Shown here: positions 1 through 10,169 of the stretch, one piece after another
Position numbering within the stretch: the first letter of the stretch is position 1
Layout: every line of letters begins with the position of its first letter
Assembly: GCF_003018235.1 (NCBI RefSeq)
Contig: NZ_CP027437.1
Direction: 5' to 3' (one strand)
Source of the DNA: Escherichia coli
GTDB lineage: Bacteria; Pseudomonadota; Gammaproteobacteria; Enterobacterales; Enterobacteriaceae
Length of the DNA stretch: 64,000 bases
Notes under the pieces: model-generated
What the model was told of the DNA's origin: nothing
Databases searched by the model: none
What the model saw: only the letters and a program-made list of their open reading frames with translations
Program-made: the position numbers and the translations under genes

Positions 1-1733
1 GGTTATATTAAATATTCCGTCACTGGTCATTTGCAGGATAGTGTTCCCACAACTAAGAATTATGGAATCTCCCGCAGCAAGGCGTAAATTCTGTACGGCC
101 TGAATCGTTTTATTTTGTCCGGCAAGGGAGGTATCATCCATCTGAACTGTAAGAGAACGTTCCTCACCAATTATCGCTGTTTCTGTTTTATCAATGACTT
201 TAAGGCGATTATTGCCCACCCAGTGGCTTTCATTATTATTTACTTCAATCCGCTGATCTTTTTCGGCATGTAGCCAGACCTCTTCACCGCCAGGTTTATC
301 CTCAAAACGTAGTGCGTTGGCATTGGTTGGGCCGCCGCCGATAGTGTGACTGTAAAATCCGCTTTGCGTCGCTGCGCCCGGTAGTCCCCACGGTGGCATG
401 GTGTCCTGGTTGTAGGTACGCCCAACAATTATCGGTAAATCCGGATCACCGTTTTTGAAATCCACCAGTACTTCCTGACCAATGCGCGGGATCTGAATGC
501 CACCGAATCCTTTACCCGCCCACGGATAACTGACACGGACCCAGCAGGAACTATTTTCGTCATTCTTACCGTAACGATCCCAGCCAAACTGAACTTTCAC
601 CCGGCCATATTTATCTGTCCAGATTTCCTGCCCTGCCGGGCCGGTGACGATGGCGCTCTGCGGGCCTTTAGTGTGGGGTTTGCTCAGGGTTCGTTGTGGG
701 CGGTAAACTTCGCTGGTGGGATGCAGTTCAAAGCTGGTTGAGTAAGAGAAATGCTGCTCCTGGCCGCTGTGTTGCGCATTGTCCTGTATAAATAGCGTGG
801 TCTGTACCAGCAGATATTCCCGGTTCACTTCGGCTGTCGGATAGTTTTCCAGGATGAAGGTAAAACCTGTCATCAGGGTACGAATATTGCCGCTGCCCTG
901 TACCCGACTACCTGGGCTACGCTGTTCTTCCATGCGAATGCGTGTCAGCATTTCACCTTCACTCTTTGTGAAGTAATCTCCCGGCCATTCGTAGTGCTCA
1001 TATTCAGCAAGGCCGGTTTCACGCGGATTAGCCACGGTGCTCTTCAGCAGTGAACGCGGCTTCATAAAGTCGAAATCATTCAGCACCCACTGTCCACTGC
1101 GCAGACTTTCATTTGCTGTGATGGTATGGATAAACTCCTTGTCCAGTTTCAGCCCTTTCTGGTAATAACACACCAGCGGCGAATCTGCGCATGCCTTGTG
1201 GACATTAATGGCATCAGCCAGCACTAACGTGTGACTGTTCTCGCTGTGCTCAAACCACCAGTAGATACCCCACTCCTGCATCAGGCGCTGAACAAAATCG
1301 AAATCTGTTTCACCGTACTGCACCTGCCAGGCGCGAGTCGGATAATTTTCCACCAGTCGTTTTTCCACTGGCCAGGGGTACTCATCCAGTACCTCATCCA
1401 GGATCTCCACCACGTTTTTATTCTGAAACGCTTTGTAGTCACTAGTGTGGGTCAGTATTTTTAACCACGGTTCGAGCCGCAGTTCATACACCACCGAACG
1501 TCCTTGATGACCAGCCACGCGTGCCGCCGTCACCAGCCCGCTGATATAACGTTTTCCGCCGCCATCCAATTCGATATTGACGCACAGATCTTTGCCCACC
1601 ATCGGTTTGAGCTGCAGGTTGGCTGCGGGGGAAACATAGCCCAGGTTCAGGATGTCAGGAGTTTTTAATTTAATAGAATAAGTAAATAGTTCCCCTACTG
1701 TTTCTGTACCCCCTAAGCTTGCAAACAGTAACA
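1..1733 (-). pseudogene. vgrG: vgrG (T6SS spike protein), portion downstream of the IS3 insertion; continues beyond the window start
   Basis: Minus-strand frame is open from 1733 to position 1. Translation carries gp27-like motif [32 protein letters not shown] and the conserved [26 protein letters not shown] block. The apparent ATG at 1732-1734 is created by the IS3 terminus. Confidence 0.8.
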
Positions 1734-1763
1734 TGATCCTACCCACGTAATGTGGACACGGCC

Positions 1764-2618
1764 CTAAGCGAGATTATGGTTTTCAAATTGTTCCGGGCTG
1801 AGACCGCCACAGGCACTGTGACGACGCCAGCGATTGTAATCACTCTCGATATAATTAAACACCGTTGCCCGCATTATTTCCCGGCTGCTAAAGCGTTCCC
1901 CGTGGATACATTCCACCTTCAGCGAATGAAAGAAGCTTTCCACACAGGCATTGTCATAACAGTAGCCTTTCGCACTCATACTGCCACGCAGGTTGTGTCG
2001 CTTCAGCATTGCCTGATAATCCCCTGAACAGTATTGACCACCACGGTCCGTATGAACAATGACGTTTTCCGGGCGTCTTCTCCGCCACAACGCCATTTGC
2101 AGTGCATCACAGGCCAGTTGTGCTGTCATTCGCGGTGACATCGACCAGCCAATGACGGCGCGTGACCACAGGTCGATGACTACTGCGAGATACAACCAGC
2201 CCTCATCGGTACGCAAGTACGTGATGTCACCCGCCCACTTCTGGTTCGGGCCACTGGCGCTGAAGTCCTGCTCCAGCAGATTCTCCAATACGGGCAGGCC
2301 ATGTGCACGGTAGCTGACCGGGCTGAACTTCCGGCTGGCTTTCGCCCGCAGCCCCTGACGACGCAGGCTGGCGGCAATGGTTTTAATATTGAACTCCGGC
2401 AGTTCGTCAGCAAGGCGGGGAGCACCGTATCGCTGCTTTGCCTCAAAGAATGCCTTATGGACAGCGGCATCGCAGGTGAGCCGAAACTGTTGGCGCAGGC
2501 TCATCTGGTGACGACGCCTGAGCCAGACATACCAGCCGCTGCGGGCAACCCGAAGTACACGACACATCGCTTTGATGCTGAACTCTGCCCGATGATTTTC
2601 GATGAAGACATACTTCAT
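1764..2618 (-). CDS. insF: IS3 transposase OrfB (integrase/DDE catalytic part)
   Basis: 284-aa [25 protein letters not shown]... typical IS3 OrfB; overlaps orfA as expected for frameshift-fused OrfAB. Confidence 0.9.
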   Translation of the reverse strand: MKYVFIENHRAEFSIKAMCRVLRVARSGWYVWLRRRHQMSLRQQFRLTCDAAVHKAFFEAKQRYGAPRLADELPEFNIKTIAASLRRQGLRAKASRKFSPVSYRAHGLPVLENLLEQDFSASGPNQKWAGDITYLRTDEGWLYLAVVIDLWSRAVIGWSMSPRMTAQLACDALQMALWRRRRPENVIVHTDRGGQYCSGDYQAMLKRHNLRGSMSAKGYCYDNACVESFFHSLKVECIHGERFSSREIMRATVFNYIESDYNRWRRHSACGGLSPEQFENHNLA

Positions 2619-2914
2619 TTCAGGCGCTTCGCGAAGTATGTCGCGGCCTTTTGGAGGATGGCCAGTTCCTCAGCCTGCTCCGCCAGTTGTCGTTTAAGGC
2701 GGACATTTTCAGCGGCCAGTTCGCTTTCGCGCTCTGACGAACTCATTTGTTGCTGCTGTTTACTGCGCCAGGCATAAAGCTGAGATTCATACAGGCTGAG
2801 TTCACGGGCTGCGGCGGCCACACCGATGCGTTCAGCGAGTTTCAGGGCTTCGTTACGAAATTCAGGCGTATGTTGTTTACGGGGCTTCTTGCTGATTGAT
2901 ACTGGTTTTGTCAT
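2615..2914 (-). CDS. insE: IS3 transposase OrfA (HTH DNA-binding part)
   Basis: 99-aa [34 protein letters not shown]... matches IS3 OrfA. Confidence 0.9.
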   Translation of the reverse strand: MTKPVSISKKPRKQHTPEFRNEALKLAERIGVAAAARELSLYESQLYAWRSKQQQQMSSSERESELAAENVRLKRQLAEQAEELAILQKAATYFAKRLK

Positions 2915-2977
2915 GAGTCACCTCTGGTTGAGAGTTTACTCACTTAGTCCTGTGTCCACTATTGGTGGGTAAGATCA

Positions 2978-3074
2978 ACATTCCATCAGGAACTGCGCTG
3001 CCGCTCAAAGTCACGTTATGTGTACCCGATCCAGTTAGTGCGCCGGATGGATAATCTGTAGCTGCAAAACTCAT
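2978..3074 (-). pseudogene. vgrG: vgrG 5' fragment (codons 1-32) separated from the rest by IS3
   Basis: ATG at 3072-3074 (reverse strand) with AGGA Shine-Dalgarno; MSFAATDYPSGALTGSGTHNVTLSGSAVPDGM. Removing IS3 and one ACA copy joins it in frame to [16 protein letters not shown]... at 1731. Confidence 0.7.
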
Positions 3075-3295
3075 AATTAATCCTTTTAACTAGAAATGGA
3101 TAAGTGCTAATAAGAAATCTTACAGAGAATAAAATATGCAATATATTCGTAGCTGGCATAAAACATCTCAATACTTATGCGTGCTACTGAAGATACTATC
3201 AACCATATATGCCTTGAAGAATGCACCGTCATGTTAACCTGGTGGAAACATTCACCTAAAGTACATTAATAAAACTAATAAAATTATTTAATTTG

Positions 3296-3652
3296 TTATT
3301 TGATATGATTATCATCAAGTCTTAAAATACGTTCTCCGGTTCTAATTATGTTAAAACCATAGTATTCTTTTTTACTTTCGGAAGAGAGCATATATTTCCC
3401 GATATACATAACATCTGAAGATAGCTCACTTATATCAATACATACGGGTTCGAACTGACCTGTCACTCTTTTCAACTTTATTGCATTGCCATATTTACCT
3501 TCATATAAAACATAATTTGAAATAATATTCCCATCGTCTGGTTTTGAACAAATCTGTCCGTCTTGCAAATATACACTACCGGGTAACAATGGGCGAACAT
3601 AATCACCAACAGTGCATCCCGACAAAAAGAAAAACAAAAAGAATCTCTTCAT
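3296..3652 (-). CDS. small lipoprotein of unknown function (candidate immunity/inhibitor partner)
   Basis: 118-aa ORF with signal peptide and lipobox MKRFFLFFFLSGC; start codon overlaps stop of upstream gene (ATGA, 3649-3652); AT-rich codon usage. Confidence 0.6.
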   Translation of the reverse strand: MKRFFLFFFLSGCTVGDYVRPLLPGSVYLQDGQICSKPDDGNIISNYVLYEGKYGNAIKLKRVTGQFEPVCIDISELSSDVMYIGKYMLSSESKKEYYGFNIIRTGERILRLDDNHIK

Positions 3653-4179
3653 ATGACACCCGCAGGAAATAAATTAAGCACCTTTTTGTATTTTTCCGAT
3701 AGAGTGTTCACTGATTCAGTTGTATCACCTACATAGTTAACATTTGCCAAATCAGCCACCAGTCCATAGTTAATTAATAGCCAATAATCAGCAACTATAG
3801 ATGCTTGTTGTTCCATGGAATAAGAAGAAATTGACTGTAAATTAAGATCGTAATGATAATTTGCCGCCCAAGAAAATAAACCACGCAACTTAACTGCATA
3901 CCCTTTCTGATATTGCCAAACATGCATCATTTCATGAATAAACAAGTGAGAAGCACCTGCTACTGTTTCACGATCACCAGGCATTGCTTGCGATGAATAA
4001 TCTGAACTATAAACAGCATCAGGATAATACATTTCCCCGTTTGGGGTCATCGCTGTTCTTTCCCCTTGACCAGGCAAATATTTTTCATTGTGGATCCATA
4101 CCTTGCTATAATCAATTGTATTCTCAAAAATCGATCTGGCCAATGTTAATTCACCAGATGTCATTCTCCTTAATGACAT
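3649..4179 (-). CDS. zincin-like metallopeptidase-domain protein with HExxHxxQ motif (DUF4157-like)
   Basis: HEMMHVWQ encoded at 3922-3936. N-terminal LARSIFENTIDYSKVWIH...AMTPNG pattern resembles DUF4157. ATG at 4177-4179 is preceded by AGGGGA; six-frame track extends to a GTG at 4218. Confidence 0.55.
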   Translation of the reverse strand: MSLRRMTSGELTLARSIFENTIDYSKVWIHNEKYLPGQGERTAMTPNGEMYYPDAVYSSDYSSQAMPGDRETVAGASHLFIHEMMHVWQYQKGYAVKLRGLFSWAANYHYDLNLQSISSYSMEQQASIVADYWLLINYGLVADLANVNYVGDTTESVNTLSEKYKKVLNLFPAGVI

Positions 4180-5116
4180 ATCCTTTCCCCTGGAAATAAT
4201 ATCTTTCAGATAAAACACAAACGCCCTTTGATGTTCAATATTCCCACTTTATACAGTATTGATGACATCATATTCATAGAAAATAAAATCAAAGCAAGTT
4301 ATCAACGTTTCCCGTTATGATTTCTTAACATTAATTCTCAGCATTTTTATTAATCTATCTTCAATATCAATAACCGATGCAAATGATTACGCAGCTAACA
4401 TAATTCTCATCAATTGATTAATGTCTGTAAACGCTACCGCCCCACCCTGATATCTTAATCTGCACATAGCAATCTTAACGTTATGCCCCATACATTAGTA
4501 ATGTAAATTAAGAATTCGGAATATATCAAATTCACTTCATAAATTAATATCGGGAATGATATACACATTAATTATAATGAAGTAATGTTTTAAGAGTTGT
4601 AATGACCATGGAACAGGATTAATTCCAGAAGCTCCTGTTGGGCAATAGCGCGTTTATCATCCTACATGCCTCTTACATTTTTTAGCCTTTTCTTTAACGT
4701 CAGCAATTGGCTCATTTAATCAGCAATTGTATTGGTATTTGGCGTATTACCCCTGAAACCCGTCATGTGCTAGCACCTCACTATTCAATGAGCCAACCAC
4801 GCCAGTGTCCACTGCAACCACTGGCGTTCAGAGCGACGAACGAGTGGCGCAAGAGTAAGACTGCCGTCGGGCATCATCAAACCAATAGTGGTTGTTTCCG
4901 TCAAAATTTCATCAGGTTGCTATTTTGTTGCCGGCCGCCTTTATCCCCACATATTTATAGCGGGATTATTTTGCATCGTTACACGATAAAAGGTAGGATT
5001 CTGCGCCGACAGTTATACCCATAAAGAATAATGGTGAATCTTGTCATCGCCAGGATGAATAAACATTGTTCATGGCAACTTATATGACTTTTTCATTAAA
5101 GCAATCAGGGAGAGCA

Positions 5117-6616
5117 ATGAGTAAACACGACACCGACACTTCAGATCAACACGCCGCGAAACGCCGCTGGCTTAATGCCCACGAAGAGGGGTATCACAAA
5201 GCGATGGGCAATCGCCAGGTACAGATGATCGCCATTGGCGGCGCGATTGGTACGGGTTTGTTTTTAGGCGCGGGAGCCCGACTGCAAATGGCGGGGCCAG
5301 CACTGGCACTGGTCTATTTGATCTGCGGCCTGTTTTCATTTTTTATTCTGCGTGCATTGGGTGAGCTGGTGTTACACCGCCCTTCCAGTGGCAGTTTTGT
5401 CTCTTATGCCCGTGAGTTTTTAGGAGAGAAAGCCGCTTACGTTGCAGGCTGGATGTACTTCATCAACTGGGCGATGACGGGGATTGTCGATATTACCGCC
5501 GTCGCTCTGTATATGCATTACTGGGGTGCGTTTGGCGGCGTGCCGCAGTGGGTCTTTGCGCTCGCTGCGCTGACCATCGTTGGCACCATGAATATGATCG
5601 GTGTGAAATGGTTTGCCGAGATGGAGTTCTGGTTTGCGCTTATTAAAGTGCTCGCCATTGTTACCTTTTTGGTCGTGGGTACAGTGTTCCTCGGTAGTGG
5701 TCAGCCGCTGGATGGCAACACCACTGGTTTTCATTTAATTACCGATAACGGCGGCTTCTTCCCCCACGGTTTGCTGCCTGCGCTGGTGTTGATTCAGGGC
5801 GTAGTGTTTGCTTTTGCCTCCATTGAAATGGTGGGTACAGCTGCCGGAGAATGTAAAGATCCGCAGACCATGGTGCCTAAAGCCATTAACAGTGTGATTT
5901 GGCGTATTGGCCTGTTTTACGTCGGCTCCGTGGTGTTGCTGGTTATGTTATTGCCGTGGAGCGCATATCAGGCGGGGCAAAGTCCGTTCGTGACGTTTTT
6001 CTCTAAACTGGGTGTGCCATATATCGGCAGCATTATGAACATTGTGGTGCTGACCGCTGCCCTCTCCAGCCTGAACTCAGGTCTGTACTGCACCGGACGT
6101 ATTCTGCGCTCAATGGCGATGGGCGGTTCCGCACCGAGTTTTATGGCGAAAATGAGTCGTCAGCATGTGCCGTATGCCGGGATTCTGGCGACACTGGTTG
6201 TGTATGTCGTCGGCGTATTCCTCAACTATCTGGTGCCGTCGCGCGTATTTGAGATTGTGTTGAACTTCGCGTCGCTGGGAATCATCGCCTCATGGGCGTT
6301 TATCATCGTGTGCCAGATGCGCCTGCGTAAAGCGATTAAAGAAGGCAAAGCCGCGGATGTCAGTTTTAAACTGCCTGGCGCGCCCTTCACTTCCTGGCTG
6401 ACATTACTGTTTTTGCTGAGCGTCCTGGTGCTGATGGCGTTCGATTACCCGAACGGGACTTATACCATCGCGGCGCTGCCGATTATCGGTATTCTGCTGG
6501 TTATAGGCTGGTTTGGTGTGCGCAAACGCGTTGCTGAAATTCACAGCACTGCGCCAGTCGTCGAGGAAGATGAAGAACAACAGGAAATTGTGTTTAAGCC
6601 TGAAACGGCGAGTTAA
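5117..6616 (+). CDS. ansP: L-asparagine permease (APC family amino acid transporter)
   Basis: 499 aa from ATG 5117 (MSKHDTDTSDQ...); multi-TM amino acid permease; track ORF starts 17 codons upstream. Confidence 0.9.
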   Translation: MSKHDTDTSDQHAAKRRWLNAHEEGYHKAMGNRQVQMIAIGGAIGTGLFLGAGARLQMAGPALALVYLICGLFSFFILRALGELVLHRPSSGSFVSYAREFLGEKAAYVAGWMYFINWAMTGIVDITAVALYMHYWGAFGGVPQWVFALAALTIVGTMNMIGVKWFAEMEFWFALIKVLAIVTFLVVGTVFLGSGQPLDGNTTGFHLITDNGGFFPHGLLPALVLIQGVVFAFASIEMVGTAAGECKDPQTMVPKAINSVIWRIGLFYVGSVVLLVMLLPWSAYQAGQSPFVTFFSKLGVPYIGSIMNIVVLTAALSSLNSGLYCTGRILRSMAMGGSAPSFMAKMSRQHVPYAGILATLVVYVVGVFLNYLVPSRVFEIVLNFASLGIIASWAFIIVCQMRLRKAIKEGKAADVSFKLPGAPFTSWLTLLFLLSVLVLMAFDYPNGTYTIAALPIIGILLVIGWFGVRKRVAEIHSTAPVVEEDEEQQEIVFKPETAS

Positions 6617-6624
6617 TTGCAAAA

Positions 6625-6647
6625 TTGCCCGGCTACGTGCCGGGCAA
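6625..6647. terminator. bidirectional rho-independent terminator hairpin between ansP and yncE
   Basis: TTGCCCGGC-TACGT-GCCGGGCAA with A-run upstream. Confidence 0.6.
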
Positions 6648-6728
6648 ATTCAAATTACTGACGAAGGTGCCGGATACGGCGTGATAAAAGTCAGGCAAGT
6701 CTCACCGTTTTCACCCTCGCCATATCTA

Positions 6729-7790
6729 TTACAGCGCAATACGAATCACATCATCCGGCTGGGTTGCTTCCTGCTGTTTAGTGGATTTTTGTTTCACACT
6801 GACATACAGCGTTTTACCATCGGCAGACAGCGCCAGGCTGTTCGGATGAGTCGGCGTATCGAACGTTTTCACCACTTTATAGCTTTTCGCGTCAATCACA
6901 CTGACTTTACCTGCCTGACGATGCGTTACGTAGGCTTCATTACGCGCCGGGTTAAACAGCACAGCCAGTGATTCCGGTGCCGCAACCTTCGCCAGAATAT
7001 TGCCATTACGGGTATCGACCACTAACACTTCTGCGGCTTTAGAATCGGTGATAAATGCACGCTGCCTGGCGGTATCAAGGCTAATGTTGATAAAGAAGTG
7101 CTCTTTGCCGTCATCCAGCAGCTTTTTACGGCTGAGGATTTTATTGTCGGCGGTGTCGATGGTAATCAATTCGCCGTCAGCGTTAGTGGTGTAAAGACGT
7201 TTGCCTTTGCTATCCAGCGCCAGACCGGTACTCATTTTACCGGTGTTCTGGATGGCGGTTTTCAGTTTGATATTCTCGCCATCAACGACCCAAATCACGC
7301 TCTCTTTACCAATACCACTGATGTAAACGGTGTTCGTGGCATCATCAGCTACCAGCTCACGCGGTTGCAGCGGGCGCACCTCTTCCGTGCGCTTACGATC
7401 ATCCAGCACCAGACGGCCTTTCACTTCGCCCGTTTTGGCATCTATCGCCGTGACCGCGCTGTTTACAGTGTTACCAAACCACAACGTCTGAGTCGTGTTA
7501 TTGATGGTGGCACCAAACGGCTTGAGATCGTTATGGATCGCCTGCGTCACTTCCAGAGTAACCGGATCAAGACGATAAACCACGCCGCCTTTATCCAGTT
7601 TGCGGCTTTGCGAAGTGGCGAGCCACAGCGCGTTCTCCTGCTGGCTATAAGCCATTTCGTAGGCACCTTTACCTACCGCTTTACGCAGCATTTCTTCTGC
7701 AGCCTGCGTACTGAATGATGAAGCAACAAGCAATGAACCTAACAGTAATGAACCACGCAGGCGCGATGAAAACAGATGACGTAAATGCAT
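6729..7790 (-). CDS. yncE: YncE, beta-propeller protein with signal peptide
   Basis: 353-aa ORF MHLRHLFSSRLRGSLLLGSLLVASSFSTQAAE... Confidence 0.9.
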   Translation of the reverse strand: MHLRHLFSSRLRGSLLLGSLLVASSFSTQAAEEMLRKAVGKGAYEMAYSQQENALWLATSQSRKLDKGGVVYRLDPVTLEVTQAIHNDLKPFGATINNTTQTLWFGNTVNSAVTAIDAKTGEVKGRLVLDDRKRTEEVRPLQPRELVADDATNTVYISGIGKESVIWVVDGENIKLKTAIQNTGKMSTGLALDSKGKRLYTTNADGELITIDTADNKILSRKKLLDDGKEHFFINISLDTARQRAFITDSKAAEVLVVDTRNGNILAKVAAPESLAVLFNPARNEAYVTHRQAGKVSVIDAKSYKVVKTFDTPTHPNSLALSADGKTLYVSVKQKSTKQQEATQPDDVIRIAL

Positions 7791-7873
7791 GACGACTCCC
7801 TTTGATGAACCGATATTTTTGCTGCTTCACAATGCTTCGCTAAGCGTAATCATCGTTACGCTCTTGTTATAAA

Positions 7874-7892
7874 TGGGAATGGTAATCATTAT
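7874..7892. promoter_or_regulatory. candidate Fur box in the yncE/yncD divergent promoter region
   Basis: TGGGAATGGTAATCATTAT resembles the Fur consensus GATAATGATAATCATTATC; yncD encodes a TonB-dependent receptor. Confidence 0.4.
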
Positions 7893-8031
7893 TTTCTCAA
7901 ATGTGGAGCATTTCTTGCCGTTACGACTACAATTTTCTCAATTACTTAACGTATCGTGCCGTTTCGTTTTCCATATATTTACAATTTTATTACCATGGCG
8001 GCGTTTTCCCATTCTTAACCTGGCTTTTTTC

Positions 8032-10134
8032 ATGAAGATTTTTTCCGTCCGACAGACCGTTTTGCCCGCACTGCTTGTCCTTTCCCCCGTTGTTTTTGCC
8101 GCTGATGAACAGACCATGATTGTCAGTGCCGCACCGCAGGTGGTTTCAGAACTGGATACCCCAGCAGCCGTGAGCGTGGTGGATGGCGAGGAGATGCGCC
8201 TGGCAACACCGCGCATTAACTTGTCCGAATCACTGACCAGCGTGCCTGGTTTGCAGGTACAAAACCGGCAGAACTATGCGCAAGATTTACAGCTGTCGAT
8301 TCGCGGATTTGGCTCCCGCTCCACTTACGGAATTCGCGGTATTCGCCTGTATGTGGACGGTATTCCCGCCACCATGCCCGACGGACAAGGGCAAACATCC
8401 AACATCGATTTAAGCAGTGTACAAAATGTGGAAGTGCTGCGCGGCCCCTTCTCTGCTCTGTATGGCAACGCGTCTGGCGGTGTAATGAATGTCATCACCC
8501 AGACCGGACAACAGCCACCAACCATTGAAGCCAGTAGTTACTACGGCAGTTTTGGCAGCTGGCGCTATGGGCTGAAAGCAACAGGCGCAATGGGCGACGG
8601 CACTCAGCCTGGCGATGTCGATTACACCGTCTCAACCACGCGCTTTACGACCCACGGCTATCGTGATCATAGTGGCGCACAGAAAAATTTAGCCAATGCC
8701 AAACTGGGCGTACGCATTGATGACGCCAGCAAATTAAGCCTGATTTTCAATAGTGTGGATATCAAAGCAGATGACCCAGGTGGGCTAACCGAAGCAGAAT
8801 GGAAGGCGAATCCGCAACAAGCGCCACGCGCTGAACAGTACGACACGCGAAAAACCATCAAGCAAACTCAGGCTGGGTTGCGCTATGAACGTAGCCTGAG
8901 CGCACAAGATGATATGAGTGTGATGATGTATGCCGGGGAGCGAGAAACGACCCAGTACCAGTCAATCCCGATGGCACCACAACTTAACCCGTCGCATGCG
9001 GGCGGCGTGATTACTCTGCAACGCCATTATCAGGGGATAGACAGCCGCTGGACACACCGTGGCGAGCTGGGCGTTCCGCTCACGTTCACTACCGGCCTGA
9101 ACTACGAAAACATGAGTGAAAATCGCAAAGGCTACAATAACTTCCGCCTGAATAGCGGCGTGCCGGAATACGGGCAAAAAGGTGAGTTGCGCCGTGACGA
9201 ACGCAATCTGATGTGGAACGTCGATCCCTATTTGCAGACACAGTGGCAGCTGAGCGAAAAACTGTCGCTGGATGCTGGCGTGCGCTACAGCTCCGTATGG
9301 TTTGATTCCAACGACCATTACGTTACTCCGGGTAACGGCGATGACAGCGGTGATGCCAGTTATCACAAATGGCTACCTGCCGGTTCGTTAAAATATGCAA
9401 TGACCGATGCCTGGAATATCTATCTGGCAGCCGGGCGAGGTTTTGAAACGCCGACGATTAATGAGCTGTCTTATCGTGCTGACGGTCAAAGCGGTATGAA
9501 CTTTGGTTTAAAACCATCCACCAACGATACAATTGAGATCGGCAGTAAAACGCGTATTGGTGATGGGCTGCTTAGTCTCGCATTGTTCCAGACCGACACC
9601 GATGATGAAATTGTTGTCGATAGCAGTAGCGGTGGGCGTACGACTTACAAAAATGCCGGAAAGACCCGTCGTCAAGGCGCTGAGCTGGCATGGGATCAAC
9701 GTTTCGCGGGAGATTTTCGTGTAAAAGCGTCCTGGACCTGGCTCGATGCGACCTATCGCAGCAATGTTTGCAATGAACAGGATTGTAACGGTAACCGGAT
9801 GCCAGGGATCGCCCGTAATATGGGCTTTGCGTCGATAGGTTATGTACCGGAGGATGGCTGGTATGCAGGTACGGAAGCGCGTTATATGGGCGATATTATG
9901 GCAGATGATGAAAATACGGCCAAAGCGCCGTCTTATACTCTCGTCGGCTTATTCACCGGGTATAAATACAATTACCACAATTTAACTGTGGATTTATTTG
10001 GTCGTGTCGATAATTTATTCGATAAAGAATACGTTGGTTCTGTCATTGTCAATGAGTCAAACGGGCGATATTACGAACCTGCGCCCGGGCGAAATTATGG
10101 TGTCGGCATGAATATTGCATGGCGATTTGAGTAA
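8032..10134 (+). CDS. yncD: TonB-dependent outer membrane receptor
   Basis: 700 aa from ATG 8032 (MKIFSVRQTVLPALLVLSPVVFAADEQ); C-terminal ...AWRFE typical TonB-dependent receptor terminus. Confidence 0.9.
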   Translation: MKIFSVRQTVLPALLVLSPVVFAADEQTMIVSAAPQVVSELDTPAAVSVVDGEEMRLATPRINLSESLTSVPGLQVQNRQNYAQDLQLSIRGFGSRSTYGIRGIRLYVDGIPATMPDGQGQTSNIDLSSVQNVEVLRGPFSALYGNASGGVMNVITQTGQQPPTIEASSYYGSFGSWRYGLKATGAMGDGTQPGDVDYTVSTTRFTTHGYRDHSGAQKNLANAKLGVRIDDASKLSLIFNSVDIKADDPGGLTEAEWKANPQQAPRAEQYDTRKTIKQTQAGLRYERSLSAQDDMSVMMYAGERETTQYQSIPMAPQLNPSHAGGVITLQRHYQGIDSRWTHRGELGVPLTFTTGLNYENMSENRKGYNNFRLNSGVPEYGQKGELRRDERNLMWNVDPYLQTQWQLSEKLSLDAGVRYSSVWFDSNDHYVTPGNGDDSGDASYHKWLPAGSLKYAMTDAWNIYLAAGRGFETPTINELSYRADGQSGMNFGLKPSTNDTIEIGSKTRIGDGLLSLALFQTDTDDEIVVDSSSGGRTTYKNAGKTRRQGAELAWDQRFAGDFRVKASWTWLDATYRSNVCNEQDCNGNRMPGIARNMGFASIGYVPEDGWYAGTEARYMGDIMADDENTAKAPSYTLVGLFTGYKYNYHNLTVDLFGRVDNLFDKEYVGSVIVNESNGRYYEPAPGRNYGVGMNIAWRFE

Positions 10135-10142
10135 TTACCTTG

Positions 10143-10164
10143 ATGCCCGGTATTTGCCGGGCAT
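10143..10164. terminator. rho-independent terminator after yncD
   Basis: ATGCCCGG-TATTT-GCCGGGCAT followed by T-rich tract. Confidence 0.6.
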
Positions 10165-10169
10165 TTACT

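Larger units (their letters stand above)
1734..2977 (-). mobile_element. IS3 insertion sequence (IS3 family) flanked by 3-bp direct repeat ACA
   Basis: Termini TGATCCTACCCACGTAATGTGGACACGG at 1734 and reverse complement of TGATCTTACCCACCAATAGTGGACAC ending at 2977. ACA at 1731-1733 and 2978-2980. Encodes orfA and orfB. Confidence 0.9.

Noticed and set aside
4707-5024. 105-aa plus-strand ORF upstream of ansP
   Set aside because: Lies in the ansP promoter/leader region, no ribosome-binding site, low-complexity composition; most likely non-coding.
7098-7718. 206-aa plus-strand ORF
   Set aside because: Antisense within yncE; no independent support.
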